64,000 bases of DNA from Balanoglossus misakiensis (lineage: Eukaryota > Animalia > Hemichordata). How positions within the stretch are numbered: position 1 is the first letter of the stretch; each line of letters begins with the position of its first letter. This document shows, piece after piece, positions 43,863 through 55,800 of this stretch. The stretch is taken from contig CM082583.2 in the NCBI GenBank assembly GCA_040954595.2, positions 2,985,060 through 3,049,059 of the forward strand, given 5' to 3'. A model generated the notes under the pieces. It was not told the origin of the DNA. It searched no databases and worked only from the letters and a program-made list of their open reading frames with translations. Made by a program: the position numbers and the translations under genes.

Positions 43863-46800
43863 TTATGAGGGACATACAGGTAGGTTATACACTCCAAAGA
43901 CATTGAGCTCATACATCAGAGCGAAAGCTATGAAGACAGTATAAATCAAAAAGAAAATGTAGCCCAATTTTTTGTCAAGCTGCCATTTGTTTAGAGTAAT
44001 TGAAAATAATAAGATTGTTACTGTTGCTATGAGCATCAATGTTGTGTAAGTCAACCCACTGCCATAAATGTAAATGCTGCCACCAGGTGATATAAGAGCT
44101 GTTTTCAGGAACCATGGTAACCCCAGACAAAGCAACACATCAAATATGTTGCTGCAGATGGAATTTGAAACAGCCATATCGCCATATCCTGAAGGGCAGA
44201 AAAAAGAAAGACTGTATAAATGAGTTAAATATTACAGTTGTGTATCTTTTTGACTTTCAAGCAATAGTAAACTGTACAAGTCCAAGAATACCTCTTTTAC
44301 CAACAGAATAATCTGCAGTACCTTCGCAATAATACACAGCGTGTTGCCTGCAGCAGATTGCAGATACTAGAGGTCATGGGTGGAGTTTTTTTACAAAGTA
44401 ATCACGCAAAAGGGTATTGACAACGCTACTCACCATCTCTGGCTACAAGCACACTTGCTAGGGCATCAGGAACACTAGTACCAGCGGCCAATACTGTTAA
44501 ACCCATCACTTCATCTGGAATATTTAGTGTGTCACCTAGACAAATAAACAAAGATTAACAAACTGATCAAAGTGATGCATGAGATGACACAATCATCTTC
44601 GCTGTGTACACTTGATTGCTGATTGTGGAATGTAACTTGATGAAGCACACACAGGGATTACTGTGTTCATGTTCTCTGCACTGTGATTGATGCGCCAGAT
44701 TTTGAAGATCCGTCCGACTTGCGGAATGCGCTCTAGCAGGCGGTGCCCACACAGGTTCGTTAGGTCGCTGTGGTGGAGCCAATGACCTGTGTCATCGGAC
44801 GATGCTGCAATATAGATAGGCGTACGAGTCAAGATGTCCATATTTCACCCATTACTGACTTCATCAAATATTTGATTGAAATAGCGGACATTTATTTTAA
44901 CTCTGTGTTCATTGTCGATCAAGGAAAAAAACATTAAAAGAAAACAGCAAGACAAGAGGAGTTGTCTACTTCAAATTGTGTTGCATTAAAGTGAAGAATC
45001 TGCCTCATGCATTTTCGTCTCCATATTCCTGTTTTATTTCACATATGCTACATTTGTCCTCCTTCCATTTTGCGCATGCAACGTATTTATAATGTAAAAC
45101 TGCAGATCAACTGTGTCTGTACAACTAATGAACTAGGTTTGCAGAAAAAGAAAGCAAATACAGAAATCCATTTTGAGATGACCACAAAAGTCACATCATT
45201 TGGCACTTAAAACCAATAACCCTGTTCAATCACTTCTAATAAGTATCACATGACTATGTTATATTTCAGCCAATCATGAGAACTGCGCTATGTGTGTGGT
45301 CTGTGTTTCATCAGGTTCTTTTTCTCTTCATGATATACTTGCCTATTAATGTTATCATCCAGACCAAAATATATGAAAACGCTGTTATCCACAGAATGGA
45401 GGTGAAAAAGGTGAGTAGATACCACTTCTGCCAACGCTCTGTTCTACAATCTGGTATTGTTATAAACAATACACCATAGATAGGGAAACCAAGCAACCAT
45501 AGCACTTTTTTGTGAAGGCCATCTGGAATATCCAAGAGTGAACTGGATTTTGAACTTCCATCATCCAGAATTTTCTCCACAGTTTCTAAAATCAGAAAAT
45601 ATTGACAATTCTCAGAGATTGCAATTTGACACAATTAATTAAGAATTGAGTATAGACAGGGAGCCAGGTTAAGAACAACAGTGATGGAAAATTTGAATGC
45701 AAATGCAATGTTATGTACAGAATATTAAAACTTGGCAAGTAAACAAACAAACAAACAAACAAACAAACAAGCAAACAATATGATAAATTTTGCCACATAT
45801 TTTTCTTTACCTGGTGTTTCAATGGATACTGAAGTCCCATTCATAATTGGTCGAGTTTCCTCCTTATCTTCATCCGCTGTAGTTGCAATGTTGTCATTTT
45901 CATTCGATAACACCAACTTTTCCTCTGAATGTTTTCCATCGCTATGATACGGAGCTATGAGCCCTTTCTCCAGTGGATTGTCCATTTCAATGTCTTCATT
46001 GTTCTTCTCAGTGGTTCCTTTCTGAATCCTTTGAAAGGATTCCACCACAAGAGGGCTCTTTTCTTCTGCAGACACTTTCTGGTACCTGTGTTTCCACACT
46101 TTCACTCTTTCCATGGCAAACTCACTTAAATTTTCATTAAAGTACATCAATACAATATAAAATGCATACAGCACTAACAGAAAGGCTGCATCATACCTAC
46201 AAATCAAAAGTGATAAAGAGAATTAAGTTTTCTTTAAGCATATTTTTCTATGACACAGTCCCATCTGGATCACCAAATTAAAGCCCCTATAGCTGCCAAA
46301 TTTCACATATTTTTTTTCCACGGTAAAATACTTCAAATATATTCCCTATCCTCTAAAATCCTTACCATTAAGCCATATTACTTGCATTTTGCATCACTTT
46401 GTCATCTCTTGGCGACAAATACCACGATAGCTGCGTGTTGTCTGTATGGAAGCTGAATAAATCAATGCAGCACCGTTTTAATACATAGCGTGTTCAAATT
46501 GCAACATTCAGTCACAATTGAGCATCGATAAGGTGTTCATGTATACCTACCTATCAATAAGCTTATTTAGATAAACCAATATAAGTTAGAAAATAAAATC
46601 ATGAAAATAATGCAAAAAGTGGCAGCTCTAGAGGCTTTAAGAGAGTATTAGTGAAAATCTTTGTGGAATGAAATCAGTAAAGGTATACAGAAATATTTCA
46701 AGCAAAGTATTAATTTCAATTTCATAACAAACATATTGACAGGCAGCCATCACTTCGTCTTTATGTCAGACTTTATGAAATCAATCTGGAACAGTTGACT

Positions 46801-49800
46801 AAATTACTCTTTGACATGAACATAAAATATTATAACAAAATATTGAGTAGTGTATGCAAAGTGACCCCTAGAGGTCTGAGCAAGATATAAGTATTAAATT
46901 CTCCTTGCAGGGATTTTCTCCACTTGCGCCTTGGAGACAAAGTTTCAGAAAAATGATAGTCCCAAACCTTCCCATGCTTTGCTATGAATGAGTTCGGAAA
47001 GTCTTTTTGAAAGTAAAGAAGAAAACAGGTTGATCACTGTCTTGTTTTCATGAAAAATTCTACTTTACATTTCTTCATAGAGATAACACAGGCATTAGCG
47101 GCCATTTTGTATTTGGGACAATTTCTCCAATTTTGTTCTGTCATTCAAAATTTTGCACGGTGACCCTACATTTTTATGTTCAATTTTAAAAAGATAATAT
47201 CCTAAAATAACCTTGAGCAAAATATGAGTGAAAGTTATAGACTTTGATTTACAAGGCACATTCTACCTTTAAGGCAGATTATGGTAGGACTATGCAAATG
47301 TGAAAAAGTCAGGTCACTGATAATAATTAGTCTGCTTGCTTCCAGAAACTCAATGAGGTGATGACTTTCAGTGCTATTTTATCTCACAATTTATATCTTT
47401 GAATATACTGTAAAACATGTTATTTTCGTCAGCAATAAATTTACACGAAATACACAAGAGCCAAAACAACGCGAAAATAAAGACTGGGGTAAATATAGTT
47501 GTGAAAGAATAACATGGTAAATACGAGTAATAGAACGATAGTCAAACACACACACAACAAAATGTTTTCAGTTTGAAAGTGCGGGTAATTTATTAAAATG
47601 GTTGCGGTTTCATGATTTTTCTACACATCATGCAATTTAGTTTGAACATCGTGGTTTGTGGCCAAGAATCTTGCTATAAATGCAACAAATAAGCGTACAT
47701 GTACACTAGTAGATTTTTGGAGATAACGATGCAGTACCAGAATGTGAAAATTAACACTCGCGTAACAGTGGCCTCTCTCGATATCGCAAAAATAACATGT
47801 TTTACAGTATACACATGATGACTGACAATGAGGGCAACTGTGTATTTTGATGACCGAGGGCGCTGCTAGTCACAACTAAAACAGTCTTGTTTTCCCGAGG
47901 GCTATGCCCATTTTCAGTCATCATGTGTTTTATAACACACCAAACACAACACACACCACATCCAGGCAACAGTACCGGGCAGAAACCGATCAAACTGATG
48001 CCCTAGGGAACAGTTCGAAATGACTAAGGTCACGTGACGGCGTATTGACGAATCACGATCGAGGGTTCGCTGCATGGTGTGTTATAATATATTATGTGGA
48101 AAATACATTGAAAAATCCTGCAGTGCTAGCCAGAGAATGCTATACGTGTATGTGCTTAAATTGTGATTTGTGTTGACCTGTAAGAGCAAACATTCTTTGG
48201 ACTGCAGTTTTAAATTTGAGTAAATCATAATTGAATGTAAACACTGACAATCAGAAACAGGGTCAAACAGCAGTTGTGGGATCACACTTTTGCTGACTGA
48301 TAAAAATTCGCTATATTCAATCCCTCTGAAAATATAAAAATACAACAGAATTCACTGTTTCAAAGCCAAATGTGTGAAACTACACCTAGCAAATGTGCCC
48401 CTTTTATATGTTACCAATATCTTGGTTGAGAATGGATCTCTCATAAGAGACTGATCACAGGGTTTATTTGCATAACCAGAATATGTGAAACATCACTGAA
48501 TAATAAATCAAAAATTACTACTGGTGTATATTGAAGAATTAGAAACAAGAAAAAGTATAAAGACAGGGTGTAAGCCCTACTTACCAATGAATTATTTCGT
48601 CTGACATAACTGTTGCCAAGGCTACAATACTTATCAGATAATAAATTGTATCTCTTAACAGTGGCCACCAACTCAACTGTATTGCCTGTTGTGGTTAATG
48701 AGCAAATTTGAAATGTTAGTTCTGAGGGAGGACAAATGTAGCATATGTGAAATAAAATGGGAATATGACAGCATATGGAGACGAAAATGCATGAGGCAGA
48801 TTCTTCACTTTAATGCAACACAATTTGAAGCAGACAACTCCTCTTGTCTTGCTGTTTTCTTTTAATGTTTTTTTCCAATGAACATAGAGTTATAATAAAT
48901 GTCAACATCACTTGTGATGTAGGGATTTTCATGGCTTTGCAAACAGATGCCTAATCAAATTTTTACAATCAATTACATTTACTTGATGTTCATATGACAT
49001 ATGTTGGTCATAGTACCATTTTATCAAACATATGCTATGTGTGTATTAAAAACCCTGCATTTATGACAACAACCAAATCAACATATGTGAAGTATTGCTG
49101 GTCCCAAGCATGAAATTTGGACCCACAAAGCTGGACTCCTGTGATTTTCACAGCCAGGGACAGTTCTACACCAAGTTTCAATGGATGTCCCTGGTTGTGT
49201 GTAGCTCATTACATATAGTACAATTATGAAACTCTGATGTGAACTTACTGCCCCATTACTATCGAAAGAAAACCTCTTTACACTCATATTTAAAAGGATA
49301 AACAAATATTGTACACCCATTCTATAGACTAAAACTTAAGAAACAAAAAAATGCCTTGGAAAAAAAAACTTACCGTACCAGCCAGAATTCCACACAATGC
49401 CAATATACAGAGTAAATTAAAGACAGCAGAGCCAACTATAGTTCCAATACCAACATCATCTTTAGTGACAAATACACCTACAAGAATATATAATCAACAC
49501 AACGGTGGCTTAAACTTTTCAGTATGAAAATTTGAACCTTGGAAAATAGCAATAAAATGAGATAAAACTTAAAAAGGAAATTGTCAGAACATACCATCAT
49601 TCATGTTAAAAAATATACCATTTTCCCATATTATTTTTTATTTTCATTTTGAGAAAAGCAGATGGAATCACTGAGTTGGTAAACTGTCTATGGTTTACCC
49701 ATCAGCCAGCTTTTTTGATAGGCTATGTACATTAAATTTTATTCTGTTTGACTTATATTCTGTAACTGTATTAAAGTTAGTAGTAATTTCATACAACAGC

Positions 49801-52800
49801 TGCTCATAGGTATTGGGTTGGATTATTTATTAAATGTTGCTTTGTCAAACAGTGTGATGAGGAAGGGTGGCATCATTTTTGTCAAAAATTTTGCGAGAAG
49901 TCTTAAAAGAAGACGTCTCCTCAAAATCAAAAATATCAAGTGATTTACGCAACTTAAATGTTTCACAAAAGGAAAAGGATATGAATTTTTTAGTACCTAT
50001 AAATAAAATACATAACTAGTTATATAGGAAAGAATGATAAATCACCAAAACACAGGGCCAATTGCTTCCAATCAGGAAAGTTACATGGTACAATTTTGAA
50101 ACATTCAGTTTTGAATCTAAAGTACATTTCCACTCTAAGCTTTGGCTAATTTTTTTCAGTATGAGTTGTTGTTTTACTATGTAGCAACTGCAATTTCTCA
50201 CTCATCTTTCAAAAACGAAATGAAATTTCAACCATGAAGGAAATAAAAACTTCCATATCTGCATCAATATGACTGTTTTCTATAATGTTCTGTGCACTAG
50301 TGTAGAAAACCAACCAGCGGGAGTGCCCCAGACCATAGGTCACATCCCCAAACACTACGCACAGCATACCCTTTCGATATTGTTTTCAATGTTCTGCAAA
50401 ATTGACAAAATCGTGACAAATCGACAAACATTCACAAAAATGACTTTTTAAACAGAAGGTTCCATAAATTTATCATACCTATGATTGATGTAAACAGCTC
50501 AGGAGCAGAACTACCAGCAGCCATAAAAGTTGCACCAGCCACATCACTTTGAAGCTGAAGCCCTGAAATGTGAAAAAAAAATACTTTGAAGAAAACAAGA
50601 AAGTATGTTGGGATTGAGGCTTTAGTGAACAATTAATAATTGTATTCATTTTACACACAAACACATGAAAGCACACAGCAGCGTGACATGATTCACATAC
50701 AGGGTCACTGCAGACCCTGTACTTTAAGTATCTAATTTGAATATATTTAAATAATAGTATCTAATTTGAATATAATTTAAATAATACATTTACATGCTCT
50801 AAAAATACATGTTTTCTCGATAACAATGTCTTAGTTGAATTAATTTTGTGGTTTAGAAGATTAAGTATATTTCATTTCTAATAACCCTCATCCTCTAAGT
50901 GGACAATTTAAGGAATTTTTCAGGGAGTACTGTATTTATAGTCCAGCGACGTCATGGTTGTAAAACCGCTCATAGAGTTTTGAGTACCATGATACTTATA
51001 CTACAGACAATGCACCATAGAAAGTTTGACCGTCCTTGTCATGGGGGAGGGCAATCACTCAATGAACGCTAAGTGAGAGTGGTTCTGCTGACACCCTGAC
51101 CAACACAACGCATCGCCAGTGCTATTAGTACTGGTATGGGTGCAATTTTTGGAAATCCTTCCACATTTCTTACCAACACAAAAACAGAAAACACCAGTCA
51201 TCTGCCTGGTTTGTGTTCATTTTAGGCCAGGTTGTGCATTCAGCAAATGTAGCAACGTTTTCAAATCGCGCACATGGTTTTCCCAACTAGTGCAACAGAC
51301 AATGTTTGAAAATGCCCCATGAAGGAGATTTTGATCAAGACAATATTCTGTTTTCAAATTAGATGTCATCACCCATGCTATAGCTTTGCTGTATTTGAGG
51401 GCAAGATGGAAGCTTTAATCTCTGGTCGATCAAGACTGAAACACTATTAAAAAACTTGCCCAAATCTAAACAAATTAGTCTACGTCAACAACAATTTGGG
51501 GGGATGCAAGGTTCTGTAGGGCATAATGTAACCTCCCTCCCCCAGGTTTATAGCAATTATTGGCTTTTATAATAACTTATAGATGAACTACACAAATCAG
51601 TCTGTACTAAAGTTACTAACGCTACACTACACTATGCTTTGTCAGCCAAGTTATTATATAATGACAATTTCACAAAACCAAAAGAGGTTAAATATGAGAC
51701 ACGAGTCATTGAAATTGACCATTTTTCGGGGAAGGTGAGATGTCAATTTAGTGTGAACAGGAATGGCGGCTATGCCATTTAATACTGCTGTTATTTTTAG
51801 ATAAAAGAACAAAAAAATGTCAGCTATTTTAGGAATACATGACATTGAAAGTATTGGTGTGTACACATTCAGTATTGTGTACTACAGTACTGCACTAAAT
51901 TTTCCTTTAACACAGAAATCAACATTATATTATACCTAGTACCTCATGTCTCAACTCAGTATGTGACCAGCTATAAACATGATAAACTTTGTATTCATGC
52001 ATATGTTCAGCAATGTAATGGGTGACTGACCATTAGATTTAGTCCTATGGAAATCACTTGCATGATTTTCGAAACATTTTATCAGTATTTCTATCCCGAT
52101 AACTTTGATTTCATTGTGGACAGCCCTTCTCTCTTCAGAATTTACATTTGATGGATTAAAATGAATTCTTCAGCAAAGATTTCATACCATGGTTACACAC
52201 ATTCTACATTTGATGGATTAAAATAAATTCTTCAGGAAAAGATTTCAAACCATGGTTACACACAATATGTATCCATTTATGTTCAGCTCTGATAGCAACA
52301 TACGTCACAGATGAAACTCCCATCCAAAAATGGCCATATTTTTGATATTATATTAATTTTAATAATGTTTATTTTTCATAACTTGTGTTCCAAGATGAAC
52401 ACTGTTACTGAGTTAATTTTGCTTTAAGGAGTAGAAAAAAAACTCTGCACAGAGCAAAAACGCAATGAAAAATCATTAAACATTACACCTTTAATTTGAT
52501 ACACTGTCACTTGTATGTGGTTTCTTTGCGTGACTTGGCTTGACTTTTTATGAAAACAAGACAGTGAACACCTAGTTTTCTTCCTTAATTTCAAAAAGAC
52601 TCATTAACACACTATTTAAAGACCGACAGTCATCTTATGTGCATGTGCATAATTTCGTGTCTACAAACATTACGTTCAATCCAAATGTTCTGCAAATTTT
52701 GCGTTCACTTCCCTCATTATATCATGCACATTGTCTTTTCACCTGATTTGCTGTCTTTTCCTGATCTCCGACACAGACTATGGTTGCCGCCATCTTGTCT

Positions 52801-55800
52801 GTTGTTAGGACAGCACACTGCCTTTTAGCATTGCCTCTACAGTCACTGTATACAATTTTGCAACCAGAGTCTCTGGTTTGGCACATGAGCATAAGACCAT
52901 CATTGCCCTTTAAAGGGACAAAGTCTCTCTCTCGCTGCCCTTTTTCCATTTTTCCAGCGAGTTTTTCACTCTCGTGTCTACAAGTGGGATGGAAGTTGTG
53001 TGTGGTCGAACGTTGATTCACTATATATCGACATGTAGAATAACATAAATGGTGTCTTGTATCAAACATAATTAATAGAAAAAGGGCAGCAAGAGAGAGA
53101 CATACCAAAGAATTGACAGGTTTGGAGGAATATCATTTAATGAAAATCTGTCCATGAGGCATGTAATTCATTGCCACTTACTTTCGCTAATACTTTCCAG
53201 AGATGAGACAAAGTATTCATCACAGACAACAGCTAATGCAGCAAACATGTAGAGTGACACAAAGACATGTATCAGTATTCCACCATGGCGGCGTTGAGTG
53301 TGAGTGAAGACATCAGCTGGAAACTGATTGACGGCTGGTGGAGTACAGTTTGGAAATAAGCTTTCTCCAGCAATGGCTGAACTTGTCATCTTGGATACAA
53401 CATCCGATAAATTCAGTCGGTTGTTGTGAAGAGAGTCTTGGGTGATGTTGGATATGGAGTCATTTATTGGGCTTCCTGTTGATTGTGTCCAATTTGCTGA
53501 CAAAGAAAGAAGAAAATATATTATGGTGTTGTTTACACACAATGCCTGTACATAAAATTGTATTGGAAATCATAGACAAAATCTATTCTACTTTTTTTAC
53601 ACGCAGAACGTAAACCTGTAAACTGTGCGAACTTGTTCGCATTTGTCTCTTCCCATAGGATTACATTGAGAATTGCTAGAAAACTCACTTCTACTACCGT
53701 ACGCTCGTACACTGTATGCATATTTACTTTTGTCTCGTTTGCTGGGAAATAACTGAGGTAACTCTTTATCAGTATAAATGTGCATCATTTGGAACTGGCC
53801 ACAACACAACATGATTGAACACAACAAATACAAACAAGCTCAGTTTGGATAAACAAACAAATATAGGCCACTTTGCTTTTGTGGAAATTTCTATAGCTTT
53901 ATGCATAGACCCTAGAGAAACAATTTCTCTAAGGGTCTATGCTGTATGTAACTACATGTACAGTGCATTTCACTGAGATCTCAATAGTCTATGTTATTAT
54001 TATATTGACAATCACTTTCCCTGAAATTTTGTCCCTACATGAATTGGTTCCAAGTGAATGTGAGTGAGCTCTGAGCTGGTTCAGTTAATTACAGTATTTT
54101 GGGTTAAAACTTTGGATTTTAATGCAGAAAATACAATGTATATGCAGCGTAGCCTAAAAGCTAATTTCCCATTAAATGTGCTGGGCACATAATGATTAGG
54201 GGGATATTTTTTGATACCTTATGTTGGTTGGGTTGTTATACCTGCCCCAACAAATGTAATCGAGCGATCACCTCATATTGTACACTGTCAGATTGGCATA
54301 GTGGATAGTTATTCACAAAATACCGAAATTTATGTCCAAGTACATTGTACCGAAGCATACCGTTTACTAGTATTCATTTTGACAAGATTTTTACTCTCAT
54401 ATCCTACAAACTGGATGGAAGTTGTGTGTGGTCGAATGTTGATTCACTATATATCCACATGTAGAATAACCTAAACAGTGTCTTGTATCAAGCATAATTA
54501 ATGGAAAAAGGGCAGCAAGAGAGAGACTTTGTCCCTTTAATCTTGACATGTGAATTACATTTCACTGTTAACAATCACAATGCACATTATTACAACCGCT
54601 CTACACAAAAGGTCACCAGGGAGCAAAAGCCTAATTTTCACTATTACATTATTATATAGACGGCATATGTTGTCATAAATTACAGTGTACATATGTATCT
54701 TTGCAATGTACATGGATTATGCATTTGTAAACATGTATAAATTTATGAACAGATCTAGTGACTAAAACAGTAAAAACATTCTCTTTTGGGTTGAATTTTG
54801 TAAAAAAATAATAATTATTTCTCCTCTGCTCTGATTTCATGGCAGGCGACTCTTTGTTCCACAAAATTTGCTGCGAATGATGAAAATGAACAGTATCAGG
54901 CCTTCTATGCAAACATTCCAAATTTATCACCTATGGCTCGTCTAATACATGTCACACACAGAGCCTGTGTCCGTATATAGCGGTATTTTATGAATAACCT
55001 TATATAGTGTTGACAAGTACTAGAGCTGATAAATGTATTCAGATTGTAGACATGTTCAATCTCCATATGGAGTTCTTCGTGCCGGACAGGCAGTGATGTG
55101 TAAAATTGTGTTTTGAGAGCATAATGAATTGATGGACAGAAATGGGTGAATTTTCAGGGTAGAGATTGATAAAAAGGTTGTTCACAAATTTCAGAACCAA
55201 ATCAGAATAAGACATTTCACCAAATGAATATGTACGATACACATGGTGTTATAAAGAGATATATTTGATGAGGGACACCTGTGTCTAAAAGAAGCAGATC
55301 AGAAAGCCTTTTTGTGGTCCATTCCCCACAACTCAAAATAAATTGTTAAAAGTTTGTAGTGTACACAAGTGGTAACTATAAGTGTAGCTAATCAAGAGAT
55401 TTCTTGTCTATATGTTGGTACATGCAGTCTTAGTACTGACAGCAGATGAGACATGGACAAAAATAAACTAGATTTATTTGGTGCCGAAATGTTCCTGCTC
55501 AACATATTGAGGTCACAATCCTTTCATTCAATTCATGTTCATAGTTTTAGTACAAGTAGCATTTTCAGAGTTATTGGACCCACCACAAGTTACACTGTGG
55601 CGTGTATTGCAATTTATACAAAGTCAGTCTCTGCACCCCATAGTCAAAGCACAAATTCTTTAGAATGATGTGATTGCCCCAGTCCTATCCTATCTCTTCC
55701 AGGAATAATTGTCTAATCTCTAACCATTTCATTAACATGGAATGATCAATGGGATGTGTATGTGTTATGAGTAACCACTTCAATTTGACATTTGCCATTG

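Noticed and set aside
48415-48496. Possible alternative SLC24A exon next to exon 5
   Set aside because: It introduces a stop when spliced after exon 5 and shows no similarity to NCKX sequence.
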